This document shows, in pieces, positions 1-12,266 of a stretch of 64,000 nt of DNA. The DNA comes from Octopus vulgaris. Lineage: Eukaryota. The stretch spans positions 48,980,001 through 49,044,000 of the forward strand of contig OX597814.1 in the NCBI GenBank assembly GCA_951406725.2. Reading direction: 5' to 3'. Position 1 is the first letter of the stretch. Each line of letters starts with the position of its first letter. A program made the position numbers and the translations under genes. Under the pieces are notes generated by a model. The model had not been told where the DNA came from and did no database searches. It was given only the letters and a program-made list of their open reading frames with translations.

Positions 1-2677
1 GGCAAAAGGAATTCGGAATCAAGAATGAGGCAGGATACTAGCTTAAGTATGCATAGGAGTCCAGACAGACAATGTAAAAGAGGGGGAGAGAAGGGCGCGA
101 AGAATCAGCAGCCAATTTCTATCAGCCCTGTAAGGGAGAATAGATCTTAAATATCTATAACGATAACTAGTGAATTATACAGAATATGCAAAAACGAGGC
201 GAGGCTGAAATAGTAAACAGAGTGGCGTCTTGGGGGATCAGAATAATAATAATAATTAATAAATAGAAATACGGGATGAATTAAAGTTCAAGGATTTCTT
301 ATCTTGGGATCACTTCGTTTACGGACAGTCTTGGCAAAAGGAATTCGGAATCAAGAATGAGGCAGGATACTAGCTTAAGTATGCATAGGAGTCCAGACAG
401 ACAATGTAAAAAGAGGGGGAGAGAAGGGCGCGAAGAATCAGCAGCCAATTTCTATCAGCCCTGTAAGGGAGAATAGATCTTAAATATCTATAACGATAAC
501 TAGTGAATTATACAGAATATGCAAAAACGAGGCGAGGCTGAAATAGTAAACAGAGTGGCGTCTTGGGGGATCAGAATAATAATAATAATTAATAAATAGA
601 AATACGGGATGAATTAAAGTTCAAGGATTTCTTATCTTGGGATCACTTCGTTTACGGACAGTCTTGGCAAAAGGAATTCGGAATCAAGAATGAGGCAGGA
701 TACTAGCTTAAGTATGCATAGGAGTCCAGACAGACAATGTAAAAAGAGGGGGAGAGAAGGGCGCGAAGAATCAGCAGCCAATTTCTATCAGCCCTGTAAG
801 GGAGAATAGATCTTAAATATCTATAACGATAACTAGTGAATTATACAGAATATGCAAAAACGAGGCGAGGCTGAAATAGTAAACAGAGTGGCGTCTTGGG
901 GGATCAGAATAATAATAATAATTAATAAATAGAAATACGGGATGAATTAAAGTTCAAGGATTTCTTATCTTGGGATCACTTCGTTTACGGACAGTCTTGG
1001 CAAAAGGAATTCGGAATCAAGAATGAGGCAGGATACTAGCTTAAGTATGCATAGGAGTCCAGACAGACAATGTAAAAAGAGGGGGAGAGAAGGGCGCGAA
1101 GAATCAGCAGCCAATTTCTATCAGCCCTGTAAGGGAGAATAGATCTTAAATATCTATAACGATAACTAGTGAATTATACAGAATATGCAAAAACGAGGCG
1201 AGGCTGAAATAGTAAACAGAGTGGCGTCTTGGGGGATCAGAATAATAATAATAATTAATAAATAGAAATACGGGATGAATTAAAGTTCAAGGATTTCTTA
1301 TCTTGGGATCACTTCGTTTACGGACAGTCTTGGCAAAAGGAATTCGGAATCAAGAATGAGGCAGGATACTAGCTTAAGTATGCATAGGAGTCCAGACAGA
1401 CAATGTAAAAAGAGGGGGAGAGAAGGGCGCGAAGAATCAGCAGCCAATTTCTATCAGCCCTGTAAGGGAGAATAGATCTTAAATATCTATAACGATAACT
1501 AGTGAATTATACAGAATATGCAAAAACGAGGCGAGGCTGAAATAGTAAACAGAGTGGCGTCTTGGGGGATCAGAATAATAATAATAATTAATAAATATAA
1601 ATACGGGATGAATTAAAGTTCAAGGATTTCTTATCTTGGGATCACTTCGTTTACGGACAGTCTTGGCAAAAGGAATTCGGAATCAAGAATGAGGCAGGAT
1701 ACTAGCTTAAGTATGCATAGGAGTCCAGACAGACAATGTAAAAAGAGGGGGAGAGAAGGGCGCGAAGAATCAGCAGCCAATTTCTATCAGCCCTGTAAGG
1801 GAGAATAGATCTTAAATATCTATAACGATAACTAGTGAATTATACAGAATATGCAAAAACGAGGCGAGGCTGAAATAGTAAACAGAGTGGCGTCTTGGGG
1901 GATCAGAATAATAATAATAATTAATAAATAGAAATACGGGATGAATTAAAGTTCAAGGATTTCTTATCTTGGGATCACTTCGTTTACGGACAGTCTTGGC
2001 AAAAGGAATTCGGAATCAAGAATGAGGCAGGATACTAGCTTAAGTATGCATAGGAGTCCAGACAGACAATGTAAAAAGAGGGGGAGAGAAGGGCGCGAAG
2101 AATCAGCAGCCAATTTCTATCAGCCCTGTAAGGGAGAATAGATCTTAAATATCTATAACGATAACTAGTGAATTATACAGAATATGCAAAAACGAGGCGA
2201 GGCTGAAATAGTAAACAGAGTGGCGTCTTGGGGGATCAGAATAATAATAATAATTAATAAATAGAAATACGGGATGAATTAAAGTTCAAGGATTTCTTAT
2301 CTTGGGATCACTTCGTTTACGGACAGTCTTGGCAAAAGGAATTCGGAATCAAGAATGAGGCAGGATACTAGCTTAAGTATGCATAGGAGTCCAGACAGAC
2401 AATGTAAAAAGAGGGGGAGAGAAGGGCGCGAAGAATCAGCAGCCAATTTCTATCAGCCCTGTAAGGGAGAATAGATCTTAAATATCTATAACGATAACTA
2501 GTGAATTATACAGAATATGCAAAAACGAGGCGAGGCTGAAATAGTAAACAGAGTGGCGTCTTGGGGGATCAGAATAATAATAATAATTAATAAATAGAAA
2601 TACGGGATGAATTAAAGTTCAAGGATTTCTTATCTTGGGATCACTTCGTTTACGGACAGTCTTGGCAAAAGGAATTC
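1..2677. repeat. 333-bp tandem array (8 units plus 14 bp; runs off the left edge)
   Basis: GGCAAAAGGAATTC recurs at 1, 333, 666, 999, 1332, 1665, 1998, 2331 and 2664. I saw only two differences between copies: one A fewer in copy 1 and G>T at 1598. The array ends at GAATTC next to (AT)n. Confidence 0.97.
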
Positions 2678-2708
<31 letters not shown>

Positions 2709-2979
2709 TGTATCTGTATATTTGAATGCTACTGCTCCATTTTCTGAATTTTAATTTGAATATTTATCAACCAAGATTTATATTTAAACCTATTATTTTA
2801 GAAATATTACAATTCACAACAAATAGGTAACAAACCAGTAATTCATTGGATATTTTCTATCCTTTAAGGTAGTTTTTCTAACCTCTATTTAAATATATAT
2901 ATATATATATATATTTGTAAAAAATGAAGTTCGAAAATGCTGCTATATTAGACAAATTTTTAATTTTTATATATATACA

Positions 2980-3365
2980 CTAGCAGTATCGCCCGGCGTT
3001 GCTCGGGTTTGTAAGGGAAATAACTATAAAGCATTTTTAGAGAGTTATAGCCAAAAAATAGCAAAAAAAATGGGGGAAAAAATGATGGTAAATTTTTTTT
3101 GATAGTTAAAAAGGTCGAGTTGCGTCCTCTAGACCATCTGTGGTTTGTGTTTCTGATTGTCGACCCCATGTCGAATTTATCGATCTTTTTCAGAACTAGG
3201 GGAACTTTTCAAAATTTTCGCTGCGTTAGTTTTGAATTATGACATTGGGCTATGTGTGTGTCAAGTTTCATCAGAATCGGTTGAAAGCCGTGGTCAGGGT
3301 GAGGGTACAAGCAAACAGACACACAGAAACACACACAGACAAACTGCCGTTTATATAGAGAGAGA
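2980..3365 (-). mobile_element. Non-autonomous Helitron (386 bp)
   Basis: On the minus strand it starts TC, ends CTAG and has a subterminal hairpin CCCG..CGGG (2992-3007). It sits between A and T with no TSD; the empty site AAATAA|TGTATA is preserved in the sister inverted arm near 4271. Confidence 0.88.
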
Positions 3366-3373
3366 TTATTTAT

Positions 3374-3417
3374 TTAACATGTTTCGGTTCTTGAAATGAT
3401 GAACCTTATCAAAAAAA
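3374..3417 (-). ncRNA. Minimal type I hammerhead-like motif, U3-A8 core variant (left arm)
   Basis: Minus strand reads TTT-TTGATAA-GGTTC(10 nt)GAACC-GAAAC-AT-GTT-AAA: 5-bp stem II, GAAA, palindromic stem III AACATGTT and a weak A-U stem I. Confidence 0.5.
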
Positions 3418-4219
3418 GTTATATATAAAAAAGATAGTTCATGCTATCAAATATAAAAAATTCATTTATAATATACAATAGAGTCAGACATCAAAAGTGA
3501 AGTGAGTTCATGCTATATGTTTAAAGAGTATGATGCAGTGGTTCATAGTGGTGATATGCATTCAATATAAAAAATAGTTCAAAGTGGTGATATGCAGTCA
3601 ATATAAAAAATTGATGTTCTTGAAAGAGCGAGGAATTCATTTTAGATTTTACCTTGAGCAACTGTGATGACTAATACAGCTATAGGTCGGGATTGGTCAG
3701 AATATTGATGACGTCCCGTTCTGCTTGACTAGCCACCTAACAGGATACAGACAAGGGGCAGATCTAATACAGCTATAGGTCGGGATTGGTCAGAATATTG
3801 ATGACGTCCCGTTCTGCTTGACTAGCCACCTAACGAAATGATTTGTCAAAACGTTGATGACGTCATGTTCCACTGGACTGGCCACCTAACAGGTGATATA
3901 AAACCCAAACAATTCACAAGGTTCGCCAGAACTGTCCAGCAGACACCGACCAAAAGTCATCACAGTTGCTCAAGGTAAAATCTAAAATGAATTCCTCGCT
4001 CTTTCAAGAACATCAATTTTTTATATTGACTGCATATCACCACTTTGAACTATTTTTTATATTGAATGCATATCACCACTATGAACCACTGCATCATACT
4101 CTTTAAACATATAGCATGAACTCACTTCACTATATATGAACTTTTGATGTCTGACTCTATTGTATATTATAAATGAATTTTTTATATTTGATAGCATGAA
4201 CTATCTTTTTATATATAAC

Positions 4220-4264
4220 TTTTTTTGATAAGGTTCATCATTTCAAGAACTGAAACATGTTAAA
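4220..4264 (+). ncRNA. Minimal type I hammerhead-like motif, U3-A8 core variant (right arm)
   Basis: TTGATAA 4225-4231, GGTTC/GAACT stem II, GAAAC 4252-4256, then ATGTT and AAA. Confidence 0.48.
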
Positions 4265-4369
4265 TAAATAATGTATATATATAAAAATTAAAAATTTGTC
4301 TAATATAGCAGCATTTTCGAACTTCATTTTTTACAAATATATACCCACTCGTATACGAGCTAATCTTAT

Positions 4370-4418
<49 letters not shown>

Positions 4419-4835
4419 CTGAAATTTACAGAAAAAAAAAGATAGGTGTATAAACAAGTTGGTGTATTAGTTTGACACTCAGAAGGTGAGAAAGTCTTTT
4501 ACATTTTGAGCCTACACTTTCCAACAGAAAGGAACACAAGGAAATGAACAGAAAGAGAATAAAAAAACTTGTGGATTTCGCAGTCAATCATGGCGACTTG
4601 TTGGACACAGGTAGTTAGGCAGGAGAGCAAGGAAGGGGAGATAATAAAGTAGTGGTGATCCGAAAATGAAGGTGTGTGTGCGTGTATTTGAGAGTGTGTA
4701 AGTGTGTGCATGTGGATAGGGGCTAGTGACTTTGACATGGATGTGTGCATGTTAAGTATGTGCGTGTGGGTGCTGAGAAGCGGTGAGTGCAAGTGTATGT
4801 GGAATAATGTGGGTTGTAATGTGTGCAGAGTGGGA

Positions 4836-4889
<54 letters not shown>

Positions 4890-5307
4890 GACAAGCAGTG
4901 TCATTTATTTCAATATTCTGCAAGACCATGTCTGGCCATAGGGAAATATTGCCTTATTTGGAAGCAGGTGAGGGCTCACAACAGGACAGGCATCTGTCTC
5001 AATGAATACCATCCACCCCACGCAAGTATGCAAAAGTGCATGTTAACATCGTGAGGATGGTGAAACAATCATTCTACATATTAGAGGAAAACACACGCAT
5101 ATAATTCAGTCTTGCACCCCTATACTAATATTTACATATACATACACACTTAGTAGTATAATAAATATATACAGTAACAAAAATAAAATAATAATATACG
5201 GAAGATACTAAATTAAATCATTAATTATAATGAATTGGAAAATTGAATAAATAAATACTGCAATCTATGGATACATTTGTAGACACTCCCAATAAAAATG
5301 TGCAAAC

Positions 5308-5369
<62 letters not shown>

Positions 5370-5472
5370 CAGTTAGATAGTTGTATACATTTGGGCGTAA
5401 TACTTTTACTCAAGCCAGCATACATACAGGCATAGATATATAAACAAATTTTTGTACTGTGTATGTTCATTC

Positions 5473-5503
<31 letters not shown>

Positions 5504-5576
5504 CACATACATATATACATTATATATATGTACACATACATATAAACATTATATATATGTACACATACATATAAAC

Positions 5577-5620
<44 letters not shown>

Positions 5621-5755
5621 CATACATACATACATACATACATTCATACATACATACATATATGCACAGACAACCACATGCATACACACACACATCTATA
5701 TAATACACATACAGAAACATATAGCACACACATGCTCTAATATCTGTAAACTTCC

Positions 5756-5990
5756 ATCATCATCATCTTTTAACGTCCGTTGTCCATGCTGGCATAGGTT
5801 GGATAGTTTGACATGAGCTGGCCAGTTGAAGAGCTGCCCAGGTCCCTGTCTGCTTAGACATGGTTTCTATGGCTGGAAGCCCTTCCTAACATCAACTACT
5901 TTACAGTGCATTGAGGCAGCACCAGCATGGGTACAGTTACATGGCAACAGTACAGACGCTTCTTACATTGCACCAGCACCCACAAGCCCA
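5756..5990 (-). mobile_element. SINE-like family A fragment with (GAT)n tail
   Basis: CATCATCATC..TTTAACGTCC..CCATGCTGGCAT..GGCTGGA.GCCCTTCCTAAC motif shared with more than 10 other copies in the window. Ends approximate. Confidence 0.7.
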
Positions 5991-6080
5991 CAAGATTAGG
6001 AATGCTCAGCTGGAAAGTGAAGCAGGGGACATGCCTGTATGCAAGGACAACCAAACTTGTATGTTTACATATACATACAT

Positions 6081-6120
<40 letters not shown>

Positions 6121-6464
6121 GTACATAAATATGTGAAAGTATATCTAAACACATATACATGAACACAGCCATATACATATATATACAATAGGGTCTCTAT
6201 ATCTAAGTATAATCCATTCTAGAGCCCTGTTTGTTAACCAAATAATTTGTTACATGAATACTTGAAATACATATAAATAGGGGCAATTCTTTGTGAGCCA
6301 CACTAAACTCCATGCAAAGGCAGAAAATGAGGTTTTACTTGTCCATCAATAAATAATACATAAATGTATATATATGTATACATGTGTATACATGCACTCA
6401 TTTCTCCCTTTGCCTTACTGATGTCAACCCACAATTATGTTTTCAGCAAAAACATATAAGAAAT

Positions 6465-6652
6465 ATTATCATTTTCTATATAATATATGAAAATTTACAA
6501 GCCCCATGAAATGCATACATGGACTTTAATGAACAGTTTGTACATGTTCTGCCAGCTAATTATATGCATATGTAGTCTGCTTGTGATTTGTAGTTCAAAT
6601 TTCAGCTAATAGGCTCCCAGTCACTTATATGCATGCATAGTCTGCTCGTTGT
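6465..6652 (+). repeat. 188-bp direct repeat, copy 1 (probable donor)
   Basis: Identical by eye to 7526-7713. Confidence 0.93.
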
Positions 6653-7255
6653 TCCTTGATCAAATTTCAGCCCATTCAGCAAAGTTTAATTTTCTTTAGA
6701 AAATCCGTTCATTATTCAGTTTGTTTGTGTAGAGAACCTTGTTTATATGGGTATCTCACTGTAAACATATCTACATGCATTCTCACTGCTTGTCTAAGTA
6801 TACAGACATACTTTCATATAGTTATATATAATGATATATCTGCATACAGAAGTACTTTCATACTTAAATAAACACACCTATCTATATTATAATGACATAA
6901 TCTAAATGAAGATCAATGTGTTCTCAGATTTAGTATTTTAATCATTAGTATTTACACAATTCTAGATATAAAAATTAGTCACCAGACTAGTTCATTAAAG
7001 TCACCAATTCAAAAACAGTGAGTTTAGTTTTCATACATCTGGGTATGGAGTTGGACTGAATGTAGGTATATCTTGTAAATTTTAGACTAACATACTGAAG
7101 TGATTTCAGAATTCCTATTGAAAAGTGTATCTTCAGCAAAAGGATCCCCACTATGTATGCCACACATAAATCACAAGGCTTTTTTAATATCACTGTAAAA
7201 TTTGTCCCCAGCCAAATTCTCAGAGTGCTGTTCTGGATGCTTTTTATCTGTCAAG

Positions 7256-7525
7256 CCCCATCATCATCATCATCATTGTTCAACTATGGTCGAGACTTTC
7301 ATAGTCTTTTCAAATGGCTAATAATGTGTGCGCGCGCCACTACTACACACATTGGAAAGCATTGTACAACCAAGTACTAAAGAAGATCTTTCCTCCTCCA
7401 TGAAACAAAGCTGTTCCCGCTGGACGTCAACCCAGTATTTCTAAGCTACGGACCCAGTGATTTATTGTAAGGTTATCTCCCTAGATAGATTGCCTTCACT
7501 ACGGCTAAGGAGCCCTTTCTACCCC
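7256..7525 (-). mobile_element. 5'-truncated retroposon (SINE or LINE 3' end) with (GAT)n tail
   Basis: (CAT)n at the left end and higher GC than the flanks. Together with the adjacent 188-bp copy it is bounded by TGTCAAG at 7249-7255 and 7711-7717. Confidence 0.55.
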
Positions 7526-7713
7526 ATTATCATTTTCTATATAATATATGAAAATTTACAAGCCCCATGAAATGCATACATGGACTTTAATGAACAGTTT
7601 GTACATGTTCTGCCAGCTAATTATATGCATATGTAGTCTGCTTGTGATTTGTAGTTCAAATTTCAGCTAATAGGCTCCCAGTCACTTATATGCATGCATA
7701 GTCTGCTCGTTGT
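7526..7713 (+). repeat. 188-bp direct repeat, copy 2
   Basis: Identical by eye to 6465-6652. Confidence 0.93.
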
Positions 7714-10607
7714 CAAGAGTGATATATTCCTACTAGCCTGGTTTTGAGATATATGACTGTGTGTCATATCTAGCTTTAAATTTACTGGCTGTTAAACCTA
7801 TATACAACTTACTCATAGTGATGGGGAGAGGAGTTAATCACACACATATACTACCTTGTTGAAATGGCAGTTCTCATCCAAAGAACAATTATTTCTATTA
7901 CAGCAATTAAATTTGCATCGTATCTACCATCAACATTAACAATATTATTATTACTATTTGTTAATTTAATTACATCTAAAAATGTAATGTTTCGTGCAAA
8001 CTTAGCTGTAGAATAAGACAATTTTACAGTATTCCTATTAAAGATCTTACGATACCTATACACTGAAGCATTTTCTCGTAGAACATGTTCTACTGGAAAA
8101 TACTTATTGAAAAAGAAAAGATTTTAACTATAAATGTGGCCAAATAATATAGCTGGATATGTTCTTCCTAATTCTATGATTCTTAATAAAATACAGTTTC
8201 TCTTTAAAATACTAGATGCTGATGCTTTGTTACAGTTAAGCTTCCTTTAAAAAATTTCCTCATTAGCTGACAAATGAGCTAATCACAATGAGATACATTT
8301 AACCAAATATTCTTTGCTGTTTGGATGATGTGAAAATTTTTGACGTAATTAAGGGTTTCATTAGATTTCCTATATAGGTAATCCAACAGAGAGATTCTGG
8401 GTCAGAATCTAAGAAATTCACAAAAGATAGAGTTTTCACTAATATCACTGACAAACTTAAACCTTTGAGGTAATAAAATCAAGTTCTTCCTAAATCTATC
8501 TATAGCACAGGACCTGCAATTAGTCAGGGTCAAAAGACTGTCATCTCTCAATAAACTGCCTCCTAAATTGGAGAACTTCATCAATAAGGTGAAACAGAAT
8601 AATTAAGTTGTTGACCTCAATCAAATCACTTGCTCCCTAATCACATCAAATGATCAAATGGTGTATTTGCGGATTTATTATCCAGACATCATAGTGCTTT
8701 TGTAAGCAGACTGTGTATATATGTGTCTGCATGTGCACTGGCGCATATGGTACCATGTCTTCCTCTTTTTTTTTTCTGAAGGATATTTTTTATTTTAGGA
8801 CTGCCTCTACCTTTCATCCACACACAAGTTCATGCAGGAATCAATTACTTTAATGAAAGTCAATCAGTGTTTAAATCCTTCTCGATTGACTTTTGCCTTA
8901 TCATCTTTCCAGATTTCATATAGGGGATTTATGCCAAGTATGATGATGATGATGATGATGGTAAAAAGGGAACATAGTTAAAGACAAGTTTATATGGTCA
9001 TAAAGACTGTTTAAGATATAAAAAAAATATATTCATCACTCAGTGAAAATAGTAATATTTTTCTACTTCCAATGATGATGATGATGATGATATATTTCAA
9101 GAATCTTCCAGAGAAATGATTCTATAAGATTTTGGACATGGTGTGTGTATGAGAGAGACAGAGTGGGGTATCTGCATGAATGCATGTATGCACACACAGT
9201 AATCATCATAAATGACATTTTCCTCATAAATAAGTGACACTGAAGTTTAGTATTTTATGCTAGTGTAATGTTTCACTATTACACTTGGTCATTTACAAAA
9301 TCAGCAGTGCTCTCAAAGTCTATATTCAATTTAAGGAAGAAATTTGCCAACGATAGAAATACCAATAACAAAGAAGAATTAAAGTGACATAGCTTTTTCC
9401 AACACCCTCTTAGGCTAAAAGTTACTTCCAGCCAAACGCAAAATAGAAAGATGACATAAATAACTTTGATTCTTTACTAAATATAAAATACAGGTCTGCC
9501 AAAGAAAACAAACGAGACAGTGTGTTGTCTAGTGCAGTAGAACTTAATACCAGAAGAAAGCTGATTAAAGTAAGAAAGTAAACATAAAGACGACAGCTTA
9601 ACGATTATCAATAATAACGTCTATAGACTGAGAATGTTACCTTCCATGAGTACTAAACTAACTCAGTTAGGCTAATGTTAGACCTAAGATAGAACGTTTC
9701 ACTGTTGGCTGAGGTTGGAGGGAATCCAACACATGCCAAACTAGAAAAGCGATATCAACACCTGGCTCATGATAAATTATAGAAAAATGAAGGCATGTAA
9801 TTCTAAGTCTAGTCTGAAATAGTGCCTCTTGATTGCCATTCACAATATTAAATAGCAGCAGCTAAAGAACTAGTTTCTAAGGGTACAGAAATATACCAGA
9901 GAAAATAACCTAAGAAATGACAGTGAACGGTGCTTCTGAATCTAAAAACAATTATAAATCAGCAGGTCTCCTATGAATTCCAAGTACTGAATATCTAAAT
10001 GTCTACATTCCCAGACACAAATATTACAATTGTGTACTCAGCAATGTCACAATTTACAAAAATGTTTTCAAAGACTTAAGATTGAAATGAGTCAACTTTT
10101 TAGTGATCAAATATTACTTATAGTGTTAAAAACAGTAATAATAAATTCACATAAGATGAGAAAAATAAAAAAAAAATTTTAAAAGTGGGTGAGTAAAATT
10201 TTGTCAGCAGAGGTAGATGTTAAGAGTGATTCCAGCAGAAGAATTTGGCAGTTAAGTTAATAAACAGCAGATAAAGTATACAGGTCAAGGTTAAATTCAT
10301 TGGCAGATCTTAGCAATCAATCTACTTGAAAGTTGTTCTACATTTACAGTTATATACTTTTCCATATTTTTGCATCTTAACTTTTATTTTTTATATACTT
10401 TGAATATTGATTAATCTTTCACAAAAGAAAACATCAACAATCAATTTTCCCTATATTTACTGACCATAATTCTTAATGTTTTGAATGTTTGTAGTTATGT
10501 TTTTATATTTTTCTTTTATATTCAGGTCAGAATGTAAGGTAATTGGTTGGAATCTGGTAATAAAATCATAAACAATGTTTAGAAAAATGAAAATAAACAT
10601 TACTTAC

Positions 10608-10734
10608 AGTCTTTCTCTAAAACAACAGGTTGTTTATCTTGAGACTTTGGAGCTTCAGTTAAGTGTAATCCTGTTTCAGGATCATAACCGACTTTCTCAA
10701 TTGTTCGTTTGCAAGCTCTCACTATGGATCCCCC
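10608..10734 (-). CDS. BRPF1: BRPF/peregrin-like coding exon F (end of bromodomain; GGSIVRACKRTIEKVGYDPETGLHL...)
   Basis: Acceptor TTGTAG| and donor |GTAAGT; 127 nt, phase 0 to 1. Continues RLRDQ|GG as in BRPF proteins. Not in the ORF track. Confidence 0.9.
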
Positions 10735-12026
10735 CTACAAACAGAAGTTAAGAAAAAAGATGGTTAAAAAAGATAATTGAATGCAAAAACCTTTGCATAA
10801 ATACTGAAAAAGAATGCTGTCAGAAAATATTTTTACTGCAGTTTGGTTTGTTCAAACAAAAATAAACACCAAAAATAAAAATAACAAATGTTTCTAACAA
10901 CAGAAAGAAGGTCAGAATTTGGTAGGAGGGATAGTTAAATAAATCAACATCAATACTTGAGTGGTACTTCATTTTATCAATCTTAGAGGGATGAAAGGCA
11001 AATAGAACACCAGTGGGATTTGAACTCAGAACAAATACAAGGTATTTATTGTATTCCTGTATTGACTCAACCAATCCATCATGCTAAAATAATAATCTTA
11101 GCAAAAATAAAAAAGTATCTGCAGGTGAAAGGTAATCAGTTTTGTCATAGATGTAGTGATTTGGTAAAAGAATGTAGACATCTATAATTAATGCTATCAA
11201 ATATTTTCTTTTCTTCATACTTATACATTGTCAGATAAAGAGAATGTCTTCACCAACATCAACTTTCTTACAGTGTCAAAAAAATAAAATACCAATAAAG
11301 TATTGGCACTGATTTCACCAACCTCTCATCACCAATTTTCTAACCTGGTGCTTAATTGCTTCTATCATTAATAGAAACCATATTAATGATAGTAGTATGC
11401 AGAAAAAAAAGTGAAGTTAAGGGTAAAAGATTTCAAACAAAAATGTTTAATAACATTACTTCAAGGGCACTGTAGTTGCATAAATGATAATGTACAAGGC
11501 TGAATACTTGACACAGTTTTGTCATCTATGCTACGAATATATATCGTAATTATATCATAATTGATTTTCCTTTGCATCCTTCAAGGGTTAACGAAAAAGC
11601 TACCAGATATACACTAAAGTATAGATGGTCAATCAACTAGCTATATCTCTTCCATATAAATGTGTAGTCTTGTGCCAATGTAAGAAACTACAATAACATT
11701 GCTGTTAGTTCAAGTTTTAATTATCTTGATTAAAACAATTTTGCTTACACTATCATCACTAATCCCATACAAATTGCATGTATATAAAATTTGCCAGCAC
11801 AAATAAAGAAGCAGTGTTATACAAAATTCAGAAGTTCCACCCCTAATAAACCATACAATTATATTATACCATAAAGCAGCAGCTCCATATAATTCATAAA
11901 CCAGAAACAAATGCTGGATTTTTTTTTCTTGCAAACATTCATTTCATTTAATATTACATCTTATTTTTAAATGATGGAAAGAGTAGGTGTACAATTAATT
12001 GAATAAACTTTTGAAAAAAAAAAATT

Positions 12027-12266
12027 GGGCCCTTTTTAAAGCCTAGCCAGGCTCATGGACCCGGTTTCAGTGACGTATGTGTTCCCCAGCTGGACGGGAC
12101 GCCAGTCCATCGCAGCATTAATTCATTTTTGCCAGCTGAGTGAACTGGAGCAACGCAAAATGAAGTGTTTTCTTCAAGAATACAATGCGTTGTCTGGTCC
12201 AGGAATCAAGACCACAATCTTACGATCATGATGCTGATACCCTAACCACTAAACCACGTGCCTCCA
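12027..12266 (-). mobile_element. tRNA-derived SINE (family D)
   Basis: Minus-strand head GGAGGCACGTGGTTTAGTGGTTAGGG has an A-box-like segment followed by a B-box-like segment; GC-rich body. Ends approximate. Confidence 0.65.

Larger units (their letters stand above)
2906..4343. mobile_element. Foldback element with ~380-bp inverted arms, probable Penelope-like pLTR remnant
   Basis: Left arm 2906-2979 plus 3366-3672 is the reverse complement of right arm 3955-4343, apart from one ~10-bp indel and a few substitutions. Spacer 3673-3954 has a duplicated ~70-bp unit with ATTGG and TGACGTC motifs. Each arm carries a hammerhead-like motif. Flanked by (AT)n. Confidence 0.7.

Noticed and set aside
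1-2677. 333-bp array as a CRISPR array, a coding repeat or a hammerhead retrozyme
   Set aside because: There are no unique spacers. No ORF appears in the track even though the unit length is divisible by 3. None of the four GAAA sites on the two strands is preceded by a core and stem II.
4490-4540. Possible further minus-strand hammerhead relic (..GGAAAGTGTAGGCTCAAAATGTAA)
   Set aside because: Both the core and the GAAA are broken, so it cannot be supported from this copy alone.
4260-6188. ORFs rich in Y/I/H/T/C
   Set aside because: They are translations of (TA)n, (CA)n and (TACA)n microsatellites.
7851-8584. Minus-strand ORFs as downstream BRPF exons
   Set aside because: No recognisable BRPF or PWWP similarity and no convincing phase-1 acceptor.
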